Position numbers and translations under genes: made by a program. Under the pieces are notes generated by a model, which saw only the letters and a program-made list of their open reading frames with translations, did no database searches and had not been told where the DNA came from. From positions 4,297 to 68,296 of the forward strand of contig CALJDJ010000104.1 in assembly GCA_938023705.1 (NCBI GenBank): DNA of 64,000 nucleotides, in the 5' to 3' direction. Below are positions 27,022-35,943 of this stretch, in pieces. The first letter of the stretch is position 1; each line of letters starts with the position of its first letter. The stretch comes from an uncultured Collinsella sp. GTDB taxonomy: Bacteria > Actinomycetota > Coriobacteriia > Coriobacteriales > Coriobacteriaceae.

Positions 27022-28543
27022 TATGACCCAATCCGAGGGCACTAAAAAGATAGGAGCCCCCGCTCGTGACCGCGGGTCGGGGCTGCGACAATGATGTTGA
27101 AGTGCCATAGGCGCAGCCGCGCCGCAACGAGGTTGGGAGGCTCCCATGCCAAAGTATTCTACCGCGTTCGGGATGGACGTCCACCTGAGGTCGACCACCG
27201 TCTGCGCCCTCGACGCGGACACCGGCGAGGCCGTGACGAGGAGGTTCCCCGGCAACCCCTGGCGCGAGATCGCCGGGTGGATGGGTGGGTTCCCCGGGCC
27301 GTCGCTCGCGGCCTACGAGAGCGGCTACCCCGGCTTCGCCCCGCAGAGGGAGCTCGCCGGGCTCGGCGTCGAGTGTGTCGTCGCCGCGGTCTCGAAGATC
27401 CCCAGGTCGGCCGCCGACTCGGCCTCCAAGAACGACAGGAACGACGCCGCCAGGATGGCCAAGGCGATACTCGCCCACGACATCTCCCCCGTATGGGTCC
27501 CCTCCCCCGAGGTCGAGGGCATCAGGGACCTCGCCGGCGCCTACGACGGGGCGACCGCGCGCCTGGCGACCGCCAAGCAGCGGCTGCTCGCCTTCCTCGC
27601 AAAGCGAGGGTTCGCCTACGGCGGCACCACGCCCGCCGGCAACCCGAGGAAGTACTGGACCTACGACTTCCTGAGGTGGCTCGACAAGGTCAGGCCGGAG
27701 GACGATGGCGGGGTTCGGACGCTCGCCGCTCTGAGGAGCGAGGTCGAGGCCGCGGCGGAGGCCCGGGCGGATCTGCTCTCCGAGTACAGGGCGGCCGTGG
27801 ATGCCAGCCCGATCGCCGCGGAGGTGGCCGCCCTCCAGTCGATCAAGGGCTGCGCCTTCGCGCTGGCCGCAGCCTTCTCGGCCGAGGTCGGCGACTTCAC
27901 GAGGTTCCGTTCCGGAAGGCAGGTCACGGCCTATTTCGGCCTCGCGCCGAGTCAGAGGTCGAGCGGCGACTCCGTGCGGCTCGGAGGCATCAGCGGTGCG
28001 GGCAACGCGCTCGTGAGGAAGCTGGCCGTTGAGGGTTCATGGTGCTACGCCGCGGCACGGCACCAGCCGAAGCTCATGCCGAGGGACACGGGCGTGCCCC
28101 TCGAGATAAGGATGCACGGGAGGAAGGGGTCCGAGCGGCTCCTGCGGCGGCGCGAGGAGATGCTCGCCCGCGGCATGCCCCAGGCGAAGGCTAACGCGGC
28201 CACCGCGGCCGAGCTCGTGAGGTGGCTCTGGGCCCTCGGCATGATGTGCCGGGAGGGCGCGGAATAGACATAGCCCCCGCCCCGGCGAGCCGGGCGGCCT
28301 TCGGGGATACCCCCTATTTCGCTGTGCGCGCGGAGCCCTCCGCATGCGCCTCGACAGACTTGGGGAACCCCGCCGAAGGAATGGAGTGCGGGCCGACAGA
28401 ACGGTATCCGCGGATATGAGACTGAGCCGAAGGCGTCGATGACATGCCGGGGGCGGACCGGGACGGGTTAACGGCAGGCCCCGCCGACCGATTGCAAGCG
28501 GTCGGCGGGGCCATTGTGGCTCTTGACAGCGGATTGGGTCATA
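27022..28543 (+). mobile_element. IS110/IS1111-family insertion sequence (ends approximate)
   Basis: Contains a DEDD-type transposase ORF. Bounded by the 14-bp inverted repeat TATGACCCAATCCG (27022-27035) / CGGATTGGGTCATA (28530-28543). The interior looks more GC-rich than its surroundings. Confidence 0.6.
27146..28267 (+). CDS. IS110-family transposase/recombinase (DEDD N-domain plus C-terminal Tnp domain)
   Basis: Motifs FGMDVH, YESGYPG, SKNDRNDAARMA. C-terminal IKGCAFALAAAFSAEVGDFTRFRSGRQVTAYFGLAPSQRSSGDS. Confidence 0.92.
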   Translation: MPKYSTAFGMDVHLRSTTVCALDADTGEAVTRRFPGNPWREIAGWMGGFPGPSLAAYESGYPGFAPQRELAGLGVECVVAAVSKIPRSAADSASKNDRNDAARMAKAILAHDISPVWVPSPEVEGIRDLAGAYDGATARLATAKQRLLAFLAKRGFAYGGTTPAGNPRKYWTYDFLRWLDKVRPEDDGGVRTLAALRSEVEAAAEARADLLSEYRAAVDASPIAAEVAALQSIKGCAFALAAAFSAEVGDFTRFRSGRQVTAYFGLAPSQRSSGDSVRLGGISGAGNALVRKLAVEGSWCYAAARHQPKLMPRDTGVPLEIRMHGRKGSERLLRRREEMLARGMPQAKANAATAAELVRWLWALGMMCREGAE

Positions 28544-28696
28544 TGAGCGAAAGCCCGCCAGAGCGAGCAAGGTGACGTGAAATGAAAGGGCGCTGACCTT
28601 TTGGTCGCGCCCTTGAAATTGAACGTCAGATTGCCGCTCTGGCGGGCTTGCAGCGTCGAGTGGTTACGCGGTTCGTAGAACCGCGTAACCCCCTAG

Positions 28697-30721
28697 TTAC
28701 ATCAGCTCGCAGACAGCCGCCGCGAAGGCAACGGGGTCCTCGGGGAGGATGCCCTCGACCAGCAGGGCCTGATCGTAGAGCAGGCCGGAGTACTGCTTGA
28801 TCTTGTCGGCGTCACCTGCCTTCTGGGCAGCGACAAGCTTGTCAAAGACCGGGTGCTTGGCGTTGAGCTCGAGCACGCGCTGGCTCTTGGGCATGCCGTC
28901 GGGCGCACCCTCGGGTCCCTTCTGGAGCACCTTCTCCATCTCAAGCGAAAGCGGGCCCTCGGTGGTGATGCAAGCGGGGGCATCGGTCAGGCGCGCGGAG
29001 ACGGCAACTTTCTCGACCTTGTCACCGAGCGCCTCCTTCATAGCGCTAAAGAGGTCCTCGTTTTCCTTGGTGGCGTCCTCGGCCTCCTTCTTCTCGTCCT
29101 CGGTCGCCAGATCAAGATCGCCAGTCGCAACGTTCTTGAGCTCCAGATGACGATCCTCGACCTCGGGCTCGGCACCGTCGGCCACGGCCTTTTCGGCAGC
29201 CTCGCGGGCGGCGTCGTCCTCGTAGATCTTAGGCATATCGGCGGCAACGTACTCACTCATAGCCTGGAACGTGAACTCATCCACATCCTGCGTCAGCAAC
29301 AGCACGTCATAGCCGCGGTCGAGCACGCCCTTTACCACGGGCATCTTGGCCAAGCGCTCACGCGAATCGCCGGCGGCGTAGTAGATGGCCTTCTGGTCCT
29401 CGGGCATACCCTTGGCATACTCGGCCAGGGTAATCATCTTCTGCTCCTTGGCAGACCAGAACAGCAGCAGGTCGGCGAGCTCATCGGCCTTCATGCCATA
29501 GCTCGAGTAGATGCCGTACTTAAGGCCGCGGCCAAAGTTCTCAAAGAACTTCTCGTAGGCCTCGCGGTCGTTGTCGCGCATATCCTCAAGATCGGCGGTT
29601 ATCTTCTTTTCCACACGCTTGGCGATGGCCTTGAGCTGACGGTTCTGTTGCAGCGTCTCACGCGAAATATTGAGCGTCACGTCGGCAGAGTCCACGACAC
29701 CGCGCACAAAGTTGTAGTAGTCGGGCAGCAGGTCGTCGCACTTCTCCATAATCAGAACGTTGGAGCTGTAGAGCGCCAGGCCCTTCTCGTAGTCCTTGCT
29801 GTACAGATCGAACGGGGCGCGGCCCGGCACAAACAGCAGGGCATCGTACTCGAGCGTGCCCTCGGCATGAAAGCTGATAGTGCGCGCGGGATCGTCAAAG
29901 TCGTGGAACGTGGACTTGTAGAACTCGTCGTAATCCTTCTGCTCAACGTCGGAGCTGCGCTTTTTCCAGATCGGCGTCATGGAGTTAATGGTCTCGAGCT
30001 CCTGATAGTCCTCGTACTCGGGCTTGTAGTCGTCACCAGCGTCCTCGGGCTTGGGCTTCTGGCGGCTCTTGCTCACCATCATCTGAATCGGGTAGCGCAC
30101 ATAGTTGCTGTACTGCTGAATCAGGCTCTTGAGGCCCCACTCGGTCAGGAAGCGATCGTAGGTCTCGGCCTCGCCGTCGGCATCGAGCTTCTCGTTCTCG
30201 CGCAGCGTCAGGATGACATCGGTACCGTGCTCGGCGCGCTCGCCGTCCTCGATGGTGTAGCCCTCAAGACCGTCGGATTCCCACACATGGGCGACATCCT
30301 CGCCATAGGCGCGGCTGACGACCTTCACATGGCTGGCGACCATAAAAGCCGAGTAGAAGCCCACGCCAAACTGACCGATGATGTCGACATCGGAGCCCTG
30401 CTGCTCGGCGTTCTCGGTCTTAAACTCCTCGGAGCCGGAGTGGGCGATGGTGCCCAGGTTGCGCTCGAGCTCCTCAGCGGTCATGCCGATGCCGTTATCC
30501 GAAATCGTGATGGTGCGGGCATCCTTATCGAAGGAGACGCGAATGGCCAGGTCGCCCTGGTCGAGCTTAACGCTCGGATCCTGCAGGCTCTTAAAGTTGA
30601 GCTTGTCGACGGCGTCGCTCGCGTTGGAGATAAGCTCGCGCAGGAAGATTTCCTTATTGGTGTAAATGGAGTTGATCATGAGGTCGAGCAGTTTTTTGCT
30701 CTCGGTCTTAAATTGACGCAT
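28697..30721 (-). CDS. htpG: Molecular chaperone HtpG (Hsp90)
   Basis: N-terminal GHKL motif (LLDLMINSIYTNKEIFLRELISNASDAVDKL, ISDNGIGM, IGQFGVGFYSAFMV). 674 aa. Confidence 0.96.
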   Translation of the reverse strand: MRQFKTESKKLLDLMINSIYTNKEIFLRELISNASDAVDKLNFKSLQDPSVKLDQGDLAIRVSFDKDARTITISDNGIGMTAEELERNLGTIAHSGSEEFKTENAEQQGSDVDIIGQFGVGFYSAFMVASHVKVVSRAYGEDVAHVWESDGLEGYTIEDGERAEHGTDVILTLRENEKLDADGEAETYDRFLTEWGLKSLIQQYSNYVRYPIQMMVSKSRQKPKPEDAGDDYKPEYEDYQELETINSMTPIWKKRSSDVEQKDYDEFYKSTFHDFDDPARTISFHAEGTLEYDALLFVPGRAPFDLYSKDYEKGLALYSSNVLIMEKCDDLLPDYYNFVRGVVDSADVTLNISRETLQQNRQLKAIAKRVEKKITADLEDMRDNDREAYEKFFENFGRGLKYGIYSSYGMKADELADLLLFWSAKEQKMITLAEYAKGMPEDQKAIYYAAGDSRERLAKMPVVKGVLDRGYDVLLLTQDVDEFTFQAMSEYVAADMPKIYEDDAAREAAEKAVADGAEPEVEDRHLELKNVATGDLDLATEDEKKEAEDATKENEDLFSAMKEALGDKVEKVAVSARLTDAPACITTEGPLSLEMEKVLQKGPEGAPDGMPKSQRVLELNAKHPVFDKLVAAQKAGDADKIKQYSGLLYDQALLVEGILPEDPVAFAAAVCELM

Positions 30722-30884
30722 GTGCAGTCCTTTCGCGCTACCCCTGCCCGCAAAAACGGCCCGGTTGCCCGAGCCGCATCGCAGACCTGCTATGTTCAGA
30801 CTTAGATTTTATAACCCATTAGCGCGCATATATACATACGGAATCGAAAAACTGTATGTCCGAGCGCTCTGATGCGCCAATTGC

Positions 30885-30924
30885 CAAGGAGTGTCCCAAA
30901 CTGCCGGCAGGAAAGGAACGTCCC
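30885..30924 (+). repeat. 40-nt repeat, copy B (CAAGGAGTGTCCCAAACTGCCGGCAGGAAAGGAACGTCCC)
   Basis: Abuts the GNAT stop codon and lies about 165-200 nt upstream of the htpG start. See copy A at 26893-26933. Confidence 0.9.
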
Positions 30925-31424
30925 TATCTGCCATCTACGCGCTTGGCCATCCAGGCATGAGGCTGGCCTTCATCCTCATAGTCCACCGGGGCAATCTGCG
31001 TGTAGCCCGCCTTGACATAGAGCGGTAGCACGTATTCCTGAGCATGCAGCTTAATGAGCTTGGCACCGGCATCACGCGCGGCGGCATCACTGGCCTCGAC
31101 AATCTTGCTCGCCAGACCGCGACGGCGCATGCTCGGCAGCACGGCCACGCGCCCCATAATGTAGGTCTCCCCCGCCGCGACACCTTCGTCCAAGTCGCAC
31201 GCCGGCGACACCGGAGCCTCTGCGTCAGCCGCGCGCTCAAGCTCTTCGGGAAACACGCGCGAGCAACCGGCAAGCTCGCCGTCTACATAGAGCGTCACAT
31301 GAATGCAGTTCGGATCCTCGTCGATAGCGTCGAACTCATTCTCGTAGCCCTGCTCGTCCATAAAAACGACGCGGCGCACCAACGCCGCGTCATCAAAGCA
31401 TCCCGTCTTAAGTTGGATATCCAT
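30924..31424 (-). CDS. GNAT-family N-acetyltransferase
   Basis: 166 aa with a GNAT motif A-like segment (GRVAVLPSMRRRGLASKIV). Confidence 0.8.
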   Translation of the reverse strand: MDIQLKTGCFDDAALVRRVVFMDEQGYENEFDAIDEDPNCIHVTLYVDGELAGCSRVFPEELERAADAEAPVSPACDLDEGVAAGETYIMGRVAVLPSMRRRGLASKIVEASDAAARDAGAKLIKLHAQEYVLPLYVKAGYTQIAPVDYEDEGQPHAWMAKRVDGR

Positions 31425-31462
31425 GCTGCCCTTTCATTCAATGCGAACGTTAGGGACAGATT

Positions 31463-32113
31463 TTAGCGAAAATGAGCTCCGCGCACGCTAAACTTCGCGC
31501 GAGCCTTCGCCAGGCAATCGTAATGACCCACGTTATGGGCATCGCTCGCGATGAAGCTGTACAGGTTCTGATCGAACAGGCGCTGTGCCGGCTTTTTCTC
31601 GCGACCAAAGCGACCGCCGGCAATAAAGTCCGCCGAAGCTTGCAGCTTGCAGCCCATATCGACCAGGCGCTCCGCCACGCTTACATCCTTTTGAACCGCA
31701 CGATAGCGCTCAGGATGAGCGATGATCACCTGGTAGCCACGGCACTGCAAATCGTAAATCGTGTTCTCGTACTCTCTAAACGCATACGCATCGGCATGCG
31801 TCGAAAGCTCGAGCAGAAACTCGTTGGTCCCATCGAAATGCAGGTGCTCCGCGGCATCGATACCAAGCTCAACGAGCTTTCGATGGTTGACCTCGAAGCC
31901 CATCTGAAGCGGAAAACCGTCAGCGTTATCGCGCAGTAGCTCAAAGGCATCCCACATCTTGTCGTAATCAAAATAGGGATCACGGCAGTGAGGAGTGCAA
32001 ACGATTCTGGTTACACCGGCCCGCTTGGCAGCCTCGAGCATCGCCAAGCTCTCATCAAGATCGGCGGCGCCGTCGTCTACACCCGGCAAGATATGGCAAT
32101 GAATGTCACGCAT
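31463..32113 (-). CDS. PHP-family protein-tyrosine phosphatase (CpsB/YwqE type)
   Basis: MRDIHCHILPGVDDGA..., TPHCR, IIAHPERY, ASDAHN. Confidence 0.88.
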   Translation of the reverse strand: MRDIHCHILPGVDDGAADLDESLAMLEAAKRAGVTRIVCTPHCRDPYFDYDKMWDAFELLRDNADGFPLQMGFEVNHRKLVELGIDAAEHLHFDGTNEFLLELSTHADAYAFREYENTIYDLQCRGYQVIIAHPERYRAVQKDVSVAERLVDMGCKLQASADFIAGGRFGREKKPAQRLFDQNLYSFIASDAHNVGHYDCLAKARAKFSVRGAHFR

Positions 32114-32130
32114 AGGTCGGCCTTAATCAA

Positions 32131-32868
32131 CTAAACGTTTGCTCGGTTGGTGAAGATGCCCTTTTTGGAAGTGCCCTGATTGTCGGAGCCCTTCTTAACC
32201 TTCTTACCGTCCTTGGTGTAGTAAGAATAGTAGTACTCGCTGGTCTCGGTCTCACAGTAATTCATGACGGTACCGATGAGCTTGACCTTCTCGGACTTCT
32301 TAAGCTGGGCGATAGCGTTGAGCGCCTCTTCGCGCTTGGTAAAGTCCTCGCGCACCACGAACAGCGTGCCGTCGGTCAGGCTGGCAATCTCGGCAGCATC
32401 GATAAAGGTGCCGACCGGAGGAGCATCGAAGATGACGTACTGGAACTTAGCAGACAGTGCCTTTACCAGCTTGGCAAAGCGGTGAGAGACGATGATATCG
32501 GCAGGATTGGGAATGTGCGGCTCGGCATCGAGGAAGTAGAAGTTCTTCTGACCCGTCTCGACAATTGCCTGGTCAATGGAGATCTGCTCGGAAAGGACCG
32601 CATAGAGTCCGCCGCGCGAACGAACGCCGAGCATATCGGAAAGGGACCTGCGGCGCATATCGGCCTCGACCAGGAGCACGGACTTGCCGCTCGTGGCGAT
32701 TGCCTGAGCAAGGTTAATGGAAACCGTAGACTTGCCCTCGTTGGGAATCGAGGAGGTAACGGTGATGGTGCGAATGGGGTCGTCCACGCTCGCAAAGCGG
32801 ATATTGGCCAGAAGGGTCTTGGCGGCATTCTGTACAACGAGCTTATCGGTGTTCTTTGCCTTAGCCAT
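32131..32868 (-). CDS. BY-kinase catalytic subunit (CpsD/CapB/YwqD type tyrosine kinase)
   Basis: Walker A (SSIPNEGKST), Walker A' (VLLVEADMRRR), Walker B (VIFDAPP), and a C-terminal Tyr cluster (SEYYYSYYT). Confidence 0.9.
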   Translation of the reverse strand: MAKAKNTDKLVVQNAAKTLLANIRFASVDDPIRTITVTSSIPNEGKSTVSINLAQAIATSGKSVLLVEADMRRRSLSDMLGVRSRGGLYAVLSEQISIDQAIVETGQKNFYFLDAEPHIPNPADIIVSHRFAKLVKALSAKFQYVIFDAPPVGTFIDAAEIASLTDGTLFVVREDFTKREEALNAIAQLKKSEKVKLIGTVMNYCETETSEYYYSYYTKDGKKVKKGSDNQGTSKKGIFTNRANV

Positions 32869-32870
32869 GC

Positions 32871-33527
32871 CTATTTACCACCTTTCATAGCCGGAATTCG
32901 GCCAACAACGGGAATACCCAGGAGCTCTTCTGCCTCTTCGGCACCGCGGATGCGGGTATTGAGCATGTCTGCCAAAACGACATAGGCAACTGCGATAAAG
33001 ATACCGGCGAGGAACGCGACGGCAATATACAGCGTACGCTTGGGGCCGCTGGGGGCTTCGGGGGTCTTAGCCTCGTCGATAACGTTGATGCTCTGGGCAG
33101 CGCCGACGTTCTGAGCGACCGTACTCACCGAGCTGGCAATGGCCTTTGCGACCTCAGCCGTCTCCTTGGCATCGGTACCGGTAACCGAAAGCGTAATGAC
33201 ACGCGTGGTGGTCTCGGAGGAAACAGACACCTTGTAGTCATCCAGATCGGTGAGGCCCAGTTCTTTGGCGGCGCCGCTCTTAACGCTATCGCTATCAAGC
33301 AGCGTGGCGATATCGTTGGAAAGCATCTGGCTCGCCGAGAGATCGTTGTAGCTCATCTGACCGCTATCGTCGGTCTTGGCGAGAATGTACATGCTCGTCG
33401 TCGCGGTATAGGTGTTGTCCATCGCAACGAAGGACACGATGCCCATGGCGATCGCGCAGACCACCGGAAGGGTGATGACCAGCTTGAGGTGCTTTTTGAG
33501 CAGCTGGAACAGTTCGAGAAGGGTCAT
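32871..33527 (-). CDS. Wzz/CpsC/YwqC-type transmembrane modulator of the BY-kinase
   Basis: 218 aa. TM at each end with an extracellular loop between them. Directly precedes the kinase gene (3-nt gap). Confidence 0.8.
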   Translation of the reverse strand: MTLLELFQLLKKHLKLVITLPVVCAIAMGIVSFVAMDNTYTATTSMYILAKTDDSGQMSYNDLSASQMLSNDIATLLDSDSVKSGAAKELGLTDLDDYKVSVSSETTTRVITLSVTGTDAKETAEVAKAIASSVSTVAQNVGAAQSINVIDEAKTPEAPSGPKRTLYIAVAFLAGIFIAVAYVVLADMLNTRIRGAEEAEELLGIPVVGRIPAMKGGK

Positions 33528-33722
33528 GCAGCTTGCCTTTCATTTCCCCAGTTCGGATTGACAAAACTGTCCGTATGTTATCGCATCTTTTTACCGAGAC
33601 CAAACTCTATACATAAGAAACAGGCTCTCCTGTAAAAATGACGGAAGCAATCGTAAAATTGCACAACAACGCCGCACCCGAAAGTCCGATGCGGCGTCTA
33701 CATCAATATCTATGTTGTATCG

Positions 33723-35147
33723 CTATGCGAATGGCTCGTCCTGCTGTATGGGAAACGTCACCGTAATGGTGGTTCCCACGCCCAACTCGCTCGACAGATC
33801 GAGCGTGGCGTGATGATACAGGGCCGCATGTTTGACAATGGCAAGCCCCAGGCCGGTTCCGCCGCGTGCCTTGGATCTACTCTTGTCCACGCGATAGAAC
33901 CGCTCAAATACCTTGCCCTGTTCTTCAGGCGCGATACCGATTCCCGTGTCGGCGACCGCGAGGAACGGATGACCTTCGTCGTTGGTGCCGCACTGCAGCG
34001 CAACCATACCGCCGGGTCGATTGTAGCGGATGGCGTTGCTTGCCAGATTGTAGATGAGCTCGTCAATCAAGCGCGACACGCCTTCGATGACCACAGGCTT
34101 GGTCTCATGACTTATCGTCACATTCGCTTGACGGGCGACCTGTTCAAGACGCTGCTCAACCGTGTAGATGGCACGCGAGAGCTCAATAGGCTCCGTGGAC
34201 CCAATGGGCACCGCCTCGCCCTCAGTCGCACGCTCGGCCTCGTCCAAGTTAGACAGCGTAAGGATATCGTTGACAAGCGCTGCCAAGCGGCCCGCCTCAC
34301 GATAGATACGACCGCCAAAGTTGCGCAGGTCATCCTCGCCCTCAACCATGCCGTTTGCGATGAGCTCGGCATAGCCCGAAATCGCCGTAAGCGGCGTCTT
34401 GAGCTCATGAGTGATATTCGCCGTGAACTCGCGGCGCATACGGTCGTTGTCCGCTAGCACCGCCATTTGGCGCTTGAGTTCCTGGCGCTGCGACTCGATA
34501 CGCTCAAGCATGGGGACCATCTCGGCATAGGCGTGCTCATAGCTACGGCGCGGGTGGTCCAAATCCACCTCTTGCAACGGCGCGATGATGGCACGGGACT
34601 CGCGGCGCGCCATGAAAAACGAGAGTACCGCACCCGCTGCTGCGATAAGCAGCATCGGCGCCAGCATCGACAGCAAAATCGCCGCAACGCCAGGCTGGGC
34701 CTGCGCCAAGCGAACGACCTGGCCGTTATCAAGGGTGACGGCGCGATACAGCATAATCTCGTCGAGTGTAGAGCTTGCGCGCTCCGCGGAACCCGAACCA
34801 CTCTCAAAGGCCTCGATGACCTCGGGGCGATCGCCATGGTTGGGCAGTGTGGAAGGCGACGCCTCGTTGTCGTAGGCAACCGATCCATCCTTGTTAATCA
34901 GCGTGATGCGTAAGTCCTCGCGATCGAGGCTACGCAAGAACGGGATGGGCTCCTGCTGCTCGTCGAGGGCGGCAGCAATGAGCTCGGTTTCCTGCGCCAG
35001 ATTGGCACTCGTGGCATCCGCCAAGGTGTTTTGCACAAAGAACGCACCCAGCACCGTAAACGCCACGATAACCGCCATGGCGCAAACAAAGATCGTCACA
35101 AAAACGCGGTGCGATAGCGTTTGTTTTCCCTGGGGGGCGAAGACCAC
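33723..35147 (-). CDS. Sensor histidine kinase (PhoR-like)
   Basis: H-box FTANITHELKTPLTAISGYAELI; N, G1 and G2 boxes (NAIRYN, DTGIGI, GGTGLGLAIV). Two N-terminal TM segments. GTG start. Confidence 0.88.
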   Translation of the reverse strand: MVFAPQGKQTLSHRVFVTIFVCAMAVIVAFTVLGAFFVQNTLADATSANLAQETELIAAALDEQQEPIPFLRSLDREDLRITLINKDGSVAYDNEASPSTLPNHGDRPEVIEAFESGSGSAERASSTLDEIMLYRAVTLDNGQVVRLAQAQPGVAAILLSMLAPMLLIAAAGAVLSFFMARRESRAIIAPLQEVDLDHPRRSYEHAYAEMVPMLERIESQRQELKRQMAVLADNDRMRREFTANITHELKTPLTAISGYAELIANGMVEGEDDLRNFGGRIYREAGRLAALVNDILTLSNLDEAERATEGEAVPIGSTEPIELSRAIYTVEQRLEQVARQANVTISHETKPVVIEGVSRLIDELIYNLASNAIRYNRPGGMVALQCGTNDEGHPFLAVADTGIGIAPEEQGKVFERFYRVDKSRSKARGGTGLGLAIVKHAALYHHATLDLSSELGVGTTITVTFPIQQDEPFA

Positions 35148-35150
35148 GGG

Positions 35151-35879
35151 TTACTCCTCCGATGCGGTGGACGCGGTGTCGTCACCTTCGGCACCATCAC
35201 CGGCAGAAGGCTCAGCCAAGCGGTAGCCCACGCCGCGCACGGTCTCGATGGCGCTGGCGTGCTCGCCCAGTTTTTGGCGAAGCGTCTGCACGTGCACGTC
35301 AACGGTGCGCGAACCGCCGTCGAAGTCCCAGCCCCACACGCTCTGCAGCAACGACTCGCGGGTAAAGACCACGCCGGGCTTGCGCATGAGATACTCAAGC
35401 AGGTCGAACTCGCGCAGGGTGAGCTTAAGCGGCTCGCCGGCAACGGTCACCTCGCGATGGCTGGGCGAGAGCACGATGTCGCCCACACTGAGCACATCGC
35501 TCGCCTGCTTGACCATGCCGCCGCGACGCAGCAGTGCGCGGCAACGGCTCGCAAGCTCCATGAGCGAAAACGGCTTAGTCAGGTAATCGTCGGCACCGCC
35601 ATCGAGCGCCATCACCTTGTCGAGCTCGGTGTCCTTGGCAGTAAGCATCATGATGGGCACCGTCGCCGTCAGGCGGTCGGCGCGCAGGCGACGCATAATC
35701 GCCAAACCATCGGTATCGGGCAGCATGATGTCGAGCAGGACGGCATCGGGTACCCGTCGCGCCACGGCGGCCTTAAACTCGCCGTCGCACGAAAAGCCCT
35801 CGGCCTCGATTCCCTGCTTGCGCAGCGCATAGACCGTCAAATCCCTGATGTTGTCATCGTCCTCGACGTAGTAGATCAT
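35151..35879 (-). CDS. OmpR/PhoB-family response regulator
   Basis: Receiver domain (MIYYVEDDDNIRDL..LLDIMLPDTDG..LTAKD) plus a winged-helix domain (VDVHVQTLRQKLG..IETVRGVGYRL). Acidic C-terminal tail. Confidence 0.9.
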   Translation of the reverse strand: MIYYVEDDDNIRDLTVYALRKQGIEAEGFSCDGEFKAAVARRVPDAVLLDIMLPDTDGLAIMRRLRADRLTATVPIMMLTAKDTELDKVMALDGGADDYLTKPFSLMELASRCRALLRRGGMVKQASDVLSVGDIVLSPSHREVTVAGEPLKLTLREFDLLEYLMRKPGVVFTRESLLQSVWGWDFDGGSRTVDVHVQTLRQKLGEHASAIETVRGVGYRLAEPSAGDGAEGDDTASTASEE

Positions 35880-35943
35880 GTTGAACCCCTTTGCGGCCGG
35901 CATGACCGCATCTTAACCCTAAAGGTACCTTTACGAGATGGTA

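Noticed and set aside
28037-28570. 177-aa minus-strand ORF and other small ORFs inside the IS right end.
   Set aside because: Pro/Arg/Gly-rich low-complexity translation in a GC-rich, hairpin-dense segment. More plausibly non-coding (RNA or IS-end functions).
30722-30923. CIRCE (HrcA) or HAIR (HspR) heat-shock operator upstream of htpG.
   Set aside because: Neither TTAGCACTC-N9-GAGTGCTAA nor CTTGAGT-N7-ACTCAAG, nor close variants, is present. Only the 40-nt repeat and short unrelated palindromes are.
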